Part shown: positions 13,053 to 26,638 of the stretch, piece after piece
Position numbering within the stretch: position 1 is the stretch's first letter
How the letters are laid out: each line of letters starts with the position of its first letter
NCBI GenBank assembly: GCA_964016885.1
Contig: OZ024745.1
Location: 110,484,001-110,548,000, forward strand
Reading direction: 5' to 3'
Length of the DNA stretch: 64,000 nt
Origin: Eledone cirrhosa
Lineage: Eukaryota
Made by a program: the position numbers and the translations under genes
Notes under the pieces: model-generated
Told to the model about the DNA's origin: nothing
The model's database searches: none
The model's input: only the letters and a program-made list of their open reading frames with translations

Positions 13053-15334
13053 TTATTACTGTAAATTGTGGCATCTTTTTTTATTTACTCAACCCAAGCA
13101 AAGCAATAAAGTCAGTAAACTCAGTAAAATGCAAAGACTTACTGAGAAAGAAAAAGGACAAAACAGAATATAATTCAAGGAGAGAAAAGATGACAAGTGA
13201 TGTTGCATTTAAAGTTTTGCAAATTGTGGTGATCAGGAAAGCAACATGCTAGGAGAGAATTGTACAGATGAAAGTGTGAGGGAAGAAACAGTGGAAGAGA
13301 AATAAATAAATGAAATCATTTGATATCAAACTGATTCATTTGATATCATTTGATATCAAACAGTAACTGGTTCTATGATATAAAAAAAAACTTTTTTTCT
13401 TTTTTAAAGTGTTTATATTTATCAAAAACTCTTTCATCATAATTTTATCAAAGAACATTTGTTAACCAATGCTCCAAACACTAACTTAGTAATGAGAATA
13501 TGGAAATAATGAAAATAATCAAATTCTTGATTATTTTCAAAATCATTTGAAAATCATAAGCAACATTTTTCATTAGAAATACGATAGGGAAAGGGTTAAT
13601 TCTAGTAATGAATAGTTTCTATTTTTGTCACAACGTATTAGATGAAATAAATGCAATACTTTTAAGAAAAGATTTTTACCTAAGCTCTAAACTACTTTCT
13701 TATATCCACATCCACATTTTCATTTCCCTTTTCTCTTTCAACTATGATTCTCAGTGTGTGAATTTTCATTTCATATTTTTATTTGAAAAAATGTTTTTAA
13801 TTCGATTTTATTTCTGCATTTTTTTTTCTTGCTGTACATACATTTTACATTCACTTTTGAACAATTTTTGTTTTGTGCCATTTCTTTTTTTTTTTTTTTC
13901 AGCAAGGAAATGAAATAACAGCACAAAAATATGAAATGACACGTTTTAATGTATAATTAGATTGTATTAAAGAAGACAGTAAGTTATATAGTTTCTTATC
14001 AATCAATTATTACAGTAAAAAGCAGATAATATATACAAAGTAAGTCTTTTTTTATCTTCATGTAAAAATACACATAGCATTCACACTGAGATAGTCCCAT
14101 ATATATATGTGAGTGTTATATATATATATATAAATAAATAAATACACATATATATATATGTCTGTATCTAAACATACATATATAGACATATGCATCCATA
14201 CATGACTGCACATTATGAATATATATATATATGAACTCAGTAATATATATCAATACTTATCAATAAGTGTGTATATATATTCATATGAACACAGTAATAC
14301 ATATCAATATGCGTACGTGCATGTGTACAATTATACATATCAGCACAGACATGCATATGTATCTATATCCACATAGATTTAGTTGTGTGTGGTTGATACA
14401 CACATAAAAATACATACAAAAATGTACAAAGATTCTTAATATTTCAACATATATGTAAAGAAAGTCTGTGTTGAAACCAAGAAAATCTGACAACAGCTTT
14501 ATCACGATTGAGAAGATGAAGACAAACTAATAAAAGTTCAGATTCTACTGAAATAGCTATTTTATACAAATGGCTTCAATAGAAAATTGAAGAGCTTTTG
14601 TTAATAACCTAAACCTTTGAAATTGGACAAACTCCTGTGAAACATATGTTTGAAATATTTCATGCTATCTAATTACGACAGTCCTGTTTTCTATCAAATT
14701 CAAATTGTAATTGAGGGAAGTATTACATAAAACTTTAACTGCAGTTTGTGATTCTGTTTTCTTTTATTTTTATTTATTATTTTTTTTAAAGATAACCTAG
14801 GAACGATGCTTACTGCTCATGCTCTTTGCAGATATACCTGTTGTGGGGAGATTTACCCGACTGATACCAAACTGATTGAAATCTCCACTGGTTCTATGGT
14901 ACTAAGCTGTTTTGTTTATAAAGCCTCCATCATAATTTTCTATAAGAAGCTTTGGTAAGTTAGTTTCTAAATACTGGTTTAATAGTGAGAAAGTTAGTTA
15001 TATAACTAAATCCCTCTAAATTCTAAATTATTTAAAAAATAATATGAAAATCATAAGCAATGTATTTCATTAGAAATATAATGATATGAACATTAATGCA
15101 ACCAATATCCAGTTTGAATGTCTATAGAAGACAGAACTTTGGGAGGGAACTTGATAACTGGTCTTGTTAATTAAGAGCCATTAGAGAGCAGGAGAAAATG
15201 CCACGGTCAACTTTACCTTTCATCCTTTCAGAGGTCAATGAAATAAAGTAAAATTTCAAGGTAGTGGATTAATAGAATTTTTAATCCTTTCCTTACCAAC
15301 TCGCCGAAAGCCACCCATTTTAAAGGGTTCTGAT

Positions 15335-15543
15335 TTAACCCTTTAGCATTTAAATTGGTTGTATCTAGCCAGACTTCTCTCACATCTTTCTGTTCAAACT
15401 AGCTGTAACTGGCCACAAATACTGATGGTAAGGTATTGTTATCAAAATAAATAATATCAAAATATCATACATTCGATATTATGTGAGATAAAGCCTTTAC
15501 CAAGAAAATACTATAGTATATATAGTAAATGCTAATGGGTTAA
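15335..15543 (-). mobile_element. piggyBac-type MITE, family A, copy 3 (nested in family B)
   Basis: TTAA CCCTTTAGCATTTA...TAAATGCTAATGGG TTAA, reverse orientation to copies 1 and 2. Confidence 0.85.
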
Positions 15544-16299
15544 GTTAAAATCTTCCAACATAATTTTATATAGGAACCCTTTGTAATGTTAGTAATACAA
15601 CCTTAATAATTGAATTAATTTTAGAAGATCCTTTCAAATTCTTCTGTAATTAATTCAAATACAGCATATTTTATTAGAAATATGGTAATGAAATTCCAGG
15701 TAGTTTGGTATCAAATGAGTTAAAGAAGAGCAGAGGCTCAATATTTGTAATATTAATGTGTTGGACTTCTGACCACATGGATCATGAGATGAAATTTTAC
15801 TGCTAGAACCTTTGCTAACAAGGATAATGATCTTAAATGATGATGGATGTTATGTTGTGCACAAACAAGGTCAAAGCACATAACTTTTGCGTTTTGTTAG
15901 TCAAGAAAACTGGAGCAGTTTCCATTCTAGTTTATTGAATTGTGATATGTGATACAAAGATTAAGCTTTTTGGTACCAAACTGCATAAAGCTGCACTTGG
16001 TGCTACAATGCAAAACTATTTAGATTTATCCAGAAATCTTCCATTATCAGTTTATCTAAGAACCTTTGTTATGTTCCAAACACCCGATAGATACTAAAAA
16101 AGTGAGTTACTAAATCTCTCCAAATTCTTGATTATTTTCAAAATTATTTGAAAAAAATCTCACCAATGATAAATAATATGGGATAAATTAATGTAAAACA
16201 ACACAAATGGAAAACGTAGACAAATATCCAAAGAAAACATTTGAGTTTATAATATGAAGATACTTCTTTTTTTAAATAGCAAGAAAAAATTCATCTTCA

Positions 16300-16460
16300 T
16301 TAACCCTTTAACATTTAAACTAGTTGTATCCAGCCAGAATTCTTTCTCCTCTTTCTGTTCAAACTGGCCATAACTCATAGATTCGATATTATGAGAGATA
16401 AAACCTTTACCATGAAAATACAATAATAAATATAGTGTAATGTAAATGCTAAAGGGTTAA
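16300..16460 (-). mobile_element. piggyBac-type MITE, family A, copy 4 (internal deletion)
   Basis: Both TIRs and TTAA flanks retained; central ~60 bp missing. Confidence 0.85.
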
Positions 16461-17124
16461 TTTATTGATTTCTCATTATACAGAGATGGCAATATTTTAC
16501 ATTTACTGTGTATTGTGGAAGTCAGCTGCACAACAGATGTGAACATTTAAATCAACAGATTTAAAGAACGAACTAAAGCAACAGATGTGAACATTTGACT
16601 TAGAATCAGTGAGAAAGAGAACAGATATGAACAACTGCTTCAAAAATAAAACCTTGTCTACCCAGTTCATAATTTATATTTGTACCTATAATTACTGGTA
16701 TTTGTACCTATAATTACTGGAGCATTTTGTTTCATACAAAGTGTCTAAGTAATATACTTTCATTTCAATGATGGACAAATTCAATCAAGCATTGTAAAGA
16801 TAGGACAGTAGATAAAGGGGGAAAAGAAAGCTGATTATTTGATGGAACCAAGGAAGCTATGTTTCCATTGGTGTTTTTCCATTGCTGTATATTTACTGGC
16901 CGCAAGTGAGACATAGATCCCTCGCTCCACGGATCTGGAACAGGTAAGATAAAGCATCCCATCCAATATTTTAACAATTCCAACAAGCCTCCAGCTATGG
17001 ATTGCTACTTTATCACACCCAAAGGATGAGAGGCAAAGTTGATCACAGCAGTATTTGAACTCAAGAGCATGGAAACCCAAATCAAATGCTCTAGTAACTC
17101 TCCACCTATAATACTTAAATGATA

Positions 17125-17224
<100 letters not shown>

Positions 17225-17369
17225 AGGGTGTTAAAGTTTGCTTGAAGCATTGTGAAATATGTAAAATATGTAGTTTTTTTGTTTCTCTCAATTTTCACTT
17301 TTCTCCTATTTCTCACTCACTTCCTACCTCGAGATTTCCCATCTGCATTGTTGTGGCTTTCTAAACTAC

Positions 17370-17401
<32 letters not shown>

Positions 17402-17626
17402 AAGGATAACAAAATATCGTTATAGGTAATCCAGTTAGAGGTTGTGAATACTCCGTATTGTGGATAGTTTTAGCATGCAGCGTTGTTTGACTCAACAAGG
17501 GGTTTCCGTAGGTGGCGAGTTTGTGAGTTCTCTTGAATTCCTATGTAAGTTTATCTTAGAGTAATAATATTGAAAGAGTGAAGAATAACATGGTCAACAG
17601 TACAAAAAAAAGGTTTTATTTACAGT

Positions 17627-17730
17627 ATTAACAATTGTTTCACTGATTAAGTTGTCTAAAAATCGCTGAACACTTGAAGCTGTGCCACTCAATTTTAAAA
17701 ACGTTGTTAGCTTAACCAGATCATCAGAAG
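17627..17730 (-). ncRNA. hammerhead ribozyme motif (Penelope-type minimal core) with extended stem II
   Basis: Minus strand reads CUGAUGA-U-CUGGUUAAG...CUUAAUCAG-U-GAAA-CAAUUG-UU. Palindromic stem III ACAAUUGU. Lies in a segment abutting (TA)n at 17400. Confidence 0.6.
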
Positions 17731-18248
17731 GGACTGTTAAAAATATGCTCAGTGTTTACGAATTCAAATTACATCATCATCAATAAAGAGAGAGAAAAAG
17801 AGAAAAAAGAAAAAAAGAAAAAGATATCGAGAAAAAAGACAGAAAAAAGAAAGAAGAGAAAAGGGTGAAGAAAAAAAGATAAAAGATAAAGAAAAAGAAA
17901 AACAGAGAGAAAAAAACAACAAAGACAACAAAAATAAATGAACAAATGCTAATAAACAAGTTACAACGAGGCTAATAAACAAGTTACAATGAGGATGATA
18001 AAAAACAATACAAAATATGATAAAAAATAAATAAATAAATGTTTATATGTGTGCGAAGAAAAGTAAACATAGTATGATTATTGAGAGTAGTTGTTGTGTT
18101 GGTGGTTAAAATATAGAAATAGGATGGTATAAACATGAAAATGTTAAATATATTCATGTATGTATTAGTTACATTAATAAATTAATTAAATAATTAATTA
18201 ATTAAATAATTAATTAATTGTAAGTTATATTAGAAGTGAAAATAATAC

Positions 18249-18583
18249 GATGGCACATCGCTTGGTGGTTAGAGCATTGGCCTTGCAATAGAAAGGTTGT
18301 GAGTTCAATTCTCAGACCGGGTGATGTGTTGTTTCCTTGAGCAAGACACTTTATTTCACATTGCTCCAGTTTACTCAGCTGTAGAAATGAGATGATAGGG
18401 ACTGGGGTCCCTATCATTCCACTGCAAAGTAGTCATGGAGGTGCCACAGCAAAAAAAGCACCCAGCACTCACTGTAAATGAGGTTGGTGTGAGGAAGGGC
18501 ATCCAGCTGTAGAAATCAAGCCAGAATCAGTTCCCATCCCACCATTGCAAGCAGAGAAAAACGGATGTATGATGATGATGATG
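18249..18583 (+). mobile_element. tRNA-headed CORE-type SINE (tail type 2)
   Basis: Head, CORE and body as at 4467. Tail CCCATCCCACCATTGCAAGCAGAG..(TGA)n. Confidence 0.85.
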
Positions 18584-18910
18584 AAGATATAATGTAAGAG
18601 ATGAAATAAATTTAAGGAAAGAAATAGAAAGATAGAAAATGAAAGAGAGAAAATATAAAATATAAAAGGTTATGATGTTGGTTCATTGGTGATGACAATA
18701 ATAATAATGATAATAGGTTATTATAATAGATTCAGGTGGTACAATTTGAATTATGGAATAGATGGGATGAATTAAGTTGGTCTGAAATTATCGAATTTGC
18801 TTGCCCTTTTATGTCTACAGAAAATTGTTCATTCAATTTTGCTGTTAGGTAGCATTTAGTTATATTTTAAAATATGGAATAATTCCATATTGCATATATA
18901 TATCATTCTT

Positions 18911-18946
18911 TCTTCTGATGAAGGACTAGCATCTGAAACGTTAAGA
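18911..18946 (+). ncRNA. minimal hammerhead ribozyme motif
   Basis: UCUU-CUGAUGA-AGGACUAGCAUCU-GAAAC-GUU-AAGA. Stem I UCUU/AAGA, palindromic AACGUU stem III. Confidence 0.5.
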
Positions 18947-19627
18947 CCCTCTTCCTGCTATTTCAAGCATTAAACTAATATATTCCTTCCATATACTATA
19001 CTGTTTGTTTTGTTATTTCTGTTTAACTTTCACATATTTGTATATATATATCACATTAGTTGTTCCACCTAGGAAAATTCTTGGATCAGAGAATTATTTT
19101 CATTTAGCTCCTTCACATATTCTCCTATAAATACCACAACATAAATATTTATGAACTGATAATCTGATAGATAAGAGAGCTGATTCTTTAAAGACACTAC
19201 TGACACTATTTTTCTTATTCCTCTGAGGGAGGGGAGAGAGGGGATGGGAGAGGGAGAGGGGGAGGGGGAAGAGAGAGTGGGAGGGGAGATGGGATGGGGA
19301 GGGGTGAGAGATAGGGGGAGCGAGAACAAGAGTGGGAGAGAGAGAGAGAGAGAGGAGAGGGAAGGGTAGATAGAGAGCGAGAACAAGAGGGGGAGAGAGA
19401 GAGAGAACAAGAGGGAGAGAGGGGGAGAGAGAGAGAGAGAACAAAAGAGAAACAGATCCACTTTCAAAATCATCAACATCAATTATGCTGCTAAACTCTT
19501 CTTTTTCATCATCTCCCATGTCTCCCTCAAACCTCTCTTATACCTTCTCATTACAATTATTAACTTCTACCTTTATTATTTTCATTATCACCATCATCAT
19601 TGCATAATGTGTTCTATCTTCCTTACT

Positions 19628-20010
19628 TCAACCCTTTAGTATTTACATTACTCTGTATATACTATTGTATTTTCATGGTAAAGACCTTACCTCACATAAT
19701 TCATCATCATTGATTAACATCTATCTTCCACGCTAGCATGGGTTAGACGAGTTTGTCCCTTTTAGAGGCAAGTTGGGTCGGGTGACCATGTCTCGCTCAT
19801 ATAGGAATGTTTCTGGCTGGATACCTTTTCTAACGTCAACCACATTGACAGTGTTATCTCACACAGTATCGAATCTATGAGATTTTGATGATATTTATTT
19901 TGAAAACAATACCTTAATATCAGTATGAGCAGCTAGTTACAGCCAGTTTGAACAGAAAGAGGTGAGAGAATCCTGGCTGGATATGGCCGGTTTAAATGCT
20001 AAAGGGTTAA
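19628..20010 (+). mobile_element. piggyBac-type MITE, family A, copy 5, with a truncated RTE-tailed SINE inserted at ~19701-19853
   Basis: Family A sequence is collinear on both sides of a CATCATCAT..CCACGCTAGCATGGG insert. Right TIR plus TTAA intact. Confidence 0.85.
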
Positions 20011-20516
20011 TTACCATTATCCTAAATACTGTAATTGTCTCCATAACTCTTGACTGCATGACATCTGATACACTTCTTAAATCTCAATCTTCTGTCACCC
20101 ATTCTGTCTAGTCACATTTTATTCTTCTCCACATTCACCACCACCAACACCACTAACTTGATATAACCTACTATACTACCGTTTTCTTCTTCAAAACCTC
20201 CACCTCCACCACCTCTACTCCCAACCGCCACTAAGTTGATGTCTGCAGGTCTGACATGTCAAAAAAATAAAATTACAGTTGATCAGGTAATCACCATTGA
20301 GGCCACCACTGCTGCTGCCATCATTATGTAAAAACGGCAGCAGGTCACTTCTCTAAACAAACACCTTAGATGAAGTAACTGTCAATCAGTTCAGGTGACA
20401 ATAGACCTGCAGTGTCATCTTCTGAAAACATTCAACATTAAATCGAAATACAGACACACACATACACATGCATAAGTGTGTCTCTCTCTCTCTCTCTGTC
20501 TCTCTGTGTCTGTGTC

Positions 20517-20567
<51 letters not shown>

Positions 20568-20704
20568 GCACGTGTAAGCATACAGGTGCCTGCTGTCATC
20601 TCTACTTTCTAACCATCACTTCTATCATCTTCCTTTCAGAGGATTCTGACACAAAATATTGATTAAATGACACAGATGAGAATGAAGAAACGGAAGGATA
20701 GTTG

Positions 20705-20754
<50 letters not shown>

Positions 20755-21046
20755 CACACACACACATGGTGTGTGTATATACAAGTGCTTGTGAGATATG
20801 TTTATATGTATATAAGTAAATACACATTATTTATCATCATTTAACATCCACTTTCCCTGATAGTAACACTATACATATATACATATATACATATATACAT
20901 ATATATCATATATACATATATATCATATATACATATATACATATATACATATATACATATATACATATATATCATATATATATGTTTTTCCATCTCTGTA
21001 TTTGTCTTGTCATTTTTTTAAATTATATATATATATATATACACCG

Positions 21047-21082
<36 letters not shown>

Positions 21083-21466
21083 TGTATGTATGTGTGTGTG
21101 TTAAATTAGGCATACATTTTTATAAAATATATAACATACATATATATGTATATATATGACAACACACATACATACATATATATGTATGTGTATATATGAG
21201 AACACACATACACCCTCTCTCCTTATTGACAAACATTTATATTTCCCTCCTTCCAGAGTTATAATTTGTACTAAATGTCTGTATTGTATCCTCTATTGTT
21301 TCCAGTCTAAAACACTTATTGTATCTTCTGTGTTGTGTTGTTGCATATGCATCTTTCCTGTGGCTTGTCCTAACACATTGTGCAACCTAGGTTCAATTCT
21401 ATGCAATACCACCATTTTGTATTGACCAGAGGGTATTTCATTTTAATCATGTGCAACTTTAGTAAA

Positions 21467-21498
<32 letters not shown>

Positions 21499-21551
21499 CA
21501 TTTATGGCCATACTCGATAATGAGGGGGCAGCCATCATATATATATATATA

Positions 21552-21835
21552 TCATCATCACCGTTTTACGTCCGTTCTTCCATGCTAGCATGGGTTTTAG
21601 ACGGGTTGTCCTGTTATGGGCAGTGTCTGGTCGGCTGACCATGCCTTGCTCTCATACAGGAACTGATTTTGGCTTGATTTCTACAGCTGGATGCCCTTCC
21701 TAACACCAACCTCATTTACAGTGAGTGCTGGGTGCTTTTTTTCCGTGACGCCTACACGTCCACTTGACAGTGTGGGCTGGGTGCTTTTTTGCCGTGGCAC
21801 CTCCACAACTACTTTGCAGTGGGAGGGTGTGGGGG
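21552..21835 (-). mobile_element. headless RTE-bipartite element (tail type 1)
   Basis: Near-identical to 6730-7010, with the same 5' start CCCACACCCTCCCACTGCAAAG. Confidence 0.8.
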
Positions 21836-21849
21836 CATATTGTCTATAT

Positions 21850-22068
21850 GCTTCAGCTTGTACCCATGGGAGGTCAGGTACTCTGTAATACTGCATGACG
21901 CCAGAGGTCACGGTTGTGTATCATCTCCTTTTGAGAGGTGTAATTGGGTAAGGTCGGGTTTTATCACCTCATCCCAGGTCTTCTTGGGTCTCCCCACTCC
22001 GCGGTTTCCATTGACTTCTAGTGCTCTGCACCTTTTTATGCAGCTGTCATCCTTCATATGCATCACAT

Positions 22069-22070
<2 letters not shown>
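21850..22070 (-). mobile_element. RTE LINE C-terminal fragment
   Basis: VMHMKDDSCIKRCRALEVNGNRGVGRPKKTWDEVIK, i.e. the RTE GRP..TW motif. Confidence 0.8.
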
Positions 22071-22143
<73 letters not shown>

Positions 22144-22718
22144 GTGGATGAAGATGCAGGGCTGGTGGTGTTATACTAATTATTACCATTATGATAACTA
22201 TAATACCATCTGCCTGTCATGAAATGTATTCAAATGTTCTGCTTTAAACAACCTTAATAATAGAACAAAATTGAAAACATATTCAAAAACATTAACATAA
22301 TGAAACAGGCTTGAATGTTATTCTATTGAAAAAAATCAAAGACATAATAAAATATGTTGTAAGAGGCCACTAAAAGGGCTTGTATCAGGAATGTATTGCA
22401 TCAAAAAAGAATCCCCATTATGAGCATTAAGCATTTCAAGTGGTCCAACATGGCCAACTCCTAATTTAGCAGAAAGAAATGTCTTTAAAATGCTTGATAA
22501 TGCTGCATATTTGATCGCATATAAGACTCGTCCTCGTTTAACAAAAGAGTATAAAATATAAGATCGGGGTTATATTGCAAAGTGGAGCTACATATTAACC
22601 CATAATTATACAAAACGTTGCCCTTAATATTCCTTGCTGAAATAAGAAGGGGAGGTTGTATGTCTATGGGCCTTATATGACTTCATATCTTCAAATAGGA
22701 TATGTTCTTTCTCCTTGT

Positions 22719-23050
22719 GAAGGTGTGTGGCTTAGAGGTTAGGGTGTTTGGCTCATCATTGCAAAGTCATCAATTTAATTCCTGGCGATACATCGTGTCT
22801 TTGAACAGGACACTATATTAAATATTGTTCCAGTCCACTCAGCTGGCAAAATTGTTTTTTAAACTGCAATTCAAAAGTCCATCCTTGTCACACCCCCTGT
22901 GGTATGTTGAATCTCCCTGAGCACTACATTAAGGGCACACAAGTCTGTGTAATATTCAGCTACTTGCAGGTTAATTCCATAAGCAGGCTGTTCCATTCAT
23001 TGAATCAAATGGAACTCCACCCATTATCAGAATGGATGGAGGCCCAACAC
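22719..23050 (+). mobile_element. older CORE-type SINE with a different 3' region
   Basis: tRNA-like head, CCAGTCCACTCAGCTG core. 3' region shared with 45150-45285 and, inverted, 11400-11485. Confidence 0.6.
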
Positions 23051-23083
23051 ATTCTTGTGGTTAATTATTATAAATCATTATAC

Positions 23084-23545
23084 GGTGGACTGGCAGTATC
23101 GGTAGAGGGTCGGACACCATGCTTTGACACATAGAGTTACGGCCCTTGCCATTCTGAGTTCAAATCCCGCCAAGGTTAACTTTGCCTTTCATCCTTACGG
23201 GGGTCGATAAAATAAAGTACCAGTAATGCACTGGGGTAATTGCTGGCCTTGTGCCAAAAGTAGAAACAATTATAATTATTATTACGGCGGATTGACAGTA
23301 TCGGTAGAGGGTCGGACGCCATGCTTTGCAGCATAGAGTTACGGCCCTTTATGGTCTCAGTTCAAATCCCGCCGAGGTTAACTTTGCCTTTCATCCTTAC
23401 AGGAGTCGATAAAATAAAGTACCAGTAATGTACTGGGTAATTTGCTGGCCTTGTGCCAAAAGTAGAAACCATTATAATTATAAAGTACCAGTAATGCACT
23501 GGGGTAATTTGCTGGCCTTGTGCCAAAAGTAAAAACCATTATAAT
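23084..23545 (+). mobile_element. tandem array of Meta/MESC-type SINEs (two full units plus a third tail)
   Basis: Units start at 23084 and 23286 with A-box-like GCAGTATCGG and B-box GTTCAAATCC, separated by (ATT)n-like spacers. Confidence 0.85.
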
Positions 23546-24089
23546 TATTATATTATTATATAATTATTACAATGGCAGAGGGAAGATGATGGAATCAGTA
23601 GAGCATCAAACTTAATAATTTGGTGTATTCAGTTATGTGGTTTTATGTTCTGAGTTCAACTCCCAGTGGGATTAACTTTTTCTTTCATCCTTCCACAGTC
23701 GATGAAAATAAAGTAGCAGTCAAGTACTGCAGTTGATTCAATTGACTGTACTCTGCCACCCCTTCATACATTCTTCACTAAATAGCTGCCCTTGTGCCTA
23801 CATCACATATTATAATTATTATTGTCACACTAATTAATATTTCTTTCACTGATTCTATTAATATTTATATATAATTGCTGTGATTGTTCTCCATCCGCTG
23901 TAATTAATCATGTTGTTGTTGTTGTTGTTGCTGTTGTTGTGATATCTGCTGTCTTCTTGTTGTTGTTGTGATATCTGCTGTGCTGCTGTTGTTGTTGTTG
24001 TTGTTGTTGTTGTTCTAATTTTAAATGCTGCAACAGCTGCAACTGTTTTTAATACCATTACTGTTGATGTTCTGCGCTTGCTTATAGCT

Positions 24090-25075
24090 TCTATTGCTGT
24101 TGTTGTTGTACTTGTTGTTGCTGTAGTTGTTGTTGTTGTACTTGTTGTTGTTGTTGTACTTGTTGTTGCTGTAGTTGTTGTACTTGTTGTTGCTGTTTGT
24201 TGTTGTACTTGTTGTTGCTGTTGTTGCTGGTGTTGTACTTGTTGTTGCTGTTGTTGTTGTACTTGTTGTTGCTGTAGTTGTTGTACTTGTTGTTGCTGTT
24301 GTTGTTGTACTTGTTGTTGCTGTAGTTGTTGTTGTACTTGTTGTTGCTGTAGTTGTTGTACTTGTTGTTGCTGTTTGTTGTTGTACTTGTTGTTGCTGTT
24401 GTTGCTGGTGTTGTACTTGTTGTTGCTGTTGTTGTTGTACTTGTTGTTGCTGTAGTTGTTGTACTTGTTGTTGCTGTTGTTGTTGTACTTGTTGTTGCTG
24501 TAGTTGTTGTACTTGTTGTTGCTGTTGTTGTTGTACTTGTTGTTGCTGTAGTTGTTGTTGTACTTGTTGTTGCTGTAGTTGTTGTACTTGTTGTTGCTGT
24601 TGTTGTTGTACTTGTTGTTGCTGTAGTTGTTGTACTTGTTGTTGCTGTTTGTTGTTGTACTTGTTGTTGCTGTTGTTGCTGTTGTTGTTGTTGTACTTGT
24701 TGTTGCTGTTTGTTGTTGTTGTTGTTGTACTTGTTGTTGCTGTTGTTGTTGTTGTACTTGTTGTTGCTGTAGTTGTTGTACTTGCTGTAGTTGCTGTTGT
24801 TGTTGTTGTACTTGTTGCTGTAGTTACTGCTGTTGTTGTTGTACTTGTTGCTGCTGTTGTTGTTGTTGTTGTTGTACTTGCTGTTGTTGTTGTTGTACTT
24901 GTTGCTGTTGTTGTCGTACTTGTTGCTGTTGTTACTGCTGTTGTTGTTGTACTTGTTGCTGTAGTTACTGTTGTTGTTGTTGTAATTGTGTTGTAGTTAC
25001 TGTTGTTGTTGTTGCTGTTGCAACTGTAGTTGTTGCTGCTGCTGTTGTTGCTGCTATAGTTGTTGTTGTTGTTGC
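24090..25075 (+). repeat. (GTT)n-derived minisatellite, ~21-24-bp unit GTTGTTGTACTTGTTGTTGCT
   Basis: Directly visible tandem array. Confidence 0.95.
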
Positions 25076-25089
25076 TTATCTAGTTTCAC

Positions 25090-25860
25090 CACAATACTAC
25101 AATAACAACATGAACAACAACAACAACGGCAACATCATTAACAACAACAACAACAAAACAAACAAACACAAGCAACAGCTATAAGTAATCCGTTTTTATT
25201 ATTATTATTATTACATTACTATTATAACATGACAACAACAGAAACAAAGGTGACAACAACAACAACAACAGCACAAACAACAACTACAACAAAGACACCA
25301 ACACCACCACCACCAACAACAACAACACCACCAACAACGACAAAGAACAAAAACAACTACGACACCAACTACAACAACAACGACAACGACACCACCAACT
25401 ACAACAACAACAACGACAACGACACCACCAACTACAACAACAACGACAACGACACCACCACCAACAACAACAACGACACCACCAACTACAACAACAACGA
25501 CAACGACACCACCAACTACAACAACGACAACGACACCAACTACAACAACAACAACGGCGACGACACCACCACCAACAACTCCAACAACGGCAACGAACAA
25601 AAACAACTACAACGACACCAACAACTACAACAACAACGACACCAACAACGACACCACCAACTACAACAACGACAACGACACCACCAACTACAACAACAAC
25701 AACAACGACGACGACGACTTCACCACCACCAACAACAACAACTCCAGCAACGGCAACGAACAAAAACAACTACAACGACACCACCACCAACAACAACAAC
25801 AACAACAACAACGACACCAACAACGACACCACCAACAACAACAACAGCAATAATAACAAT
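25090..25860 (+). repeat. (ACA)n-derived minisatellite, unit ~ACAACGACACCACCAACTACAACA
   Basis: Directly visible; opposite polarity to the preceding array. Confidence 0.95.
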
Positions 25861-26029
25861 AGAAGCATTAACCACAACAGTAAGCAGCCGCTATAATAAC
25901 AGCATCAAAGGTGACAGAAAAATCCCAGTTGGTGTGTTCTGACAGCAGCCGACACTGAGATGCACTGGTTGGGGATAAGAACTATAAAGAAGTACAAAAG
26001 TTTGAATAACGAAACAAAATAAAAAAAAA

Positions 26030-26604
26030 GTATGTGTGCATGTATATATATACATATATATATATATATACATACATATAAATATATAAATATACACATA
26101 CATATATGTATACATATATATATATATATATATATATTCATACATACACACACATATGTATATACATATACATATACACATACATGTATACATGTATACA
26201 TATATACATTCATACATACACACACATATGTATATACATATACATATACATATACACATACATGTATACATATATACATTCATACATACACATACATATG
26301 TATATACATATACATATACACATACATGTATACATGTATACATATATACATTCATACATACACATACATATGTATATACATATACATATACACATACATG
26401 TATACATGTATACATATATACATTCATACATACACATACATATGTATATACATATACATATACACATACATGTATACATATATACATTCATACATACACA
26501 TACATATGTGTATATATATATGTATATACACACACATACAGGTAATCATATAATCATATATATATATATATACATACATACACACACACACATGTATACA
26601 TACA

Positions 26605-26636
<32 letters not shown>
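26030..26636 (+). repeat. TA/CA compound repeat with ~70-72-bp higher-order unit
   Basis: TTCATACATACAC recurs at ~26137, 26209, 26279, 26351, 26423 and 26487. Confidence 0.85.

Positions 26637-26638
<2 letters not shown>

Noticed and set aside
16765-16986. 73-aa minus ORF and nearby plus-strand CAG|GTAAGA donor
   Set aside because: No convincing acceptor or open frame linking them, and no recognisable motif.
22503-22690. Possible pogo/Tc2-like MITE (CATATAAGAC...CCTTATATG)
   Set aside because: The inverted match is too short and degenerate to support boundaries.
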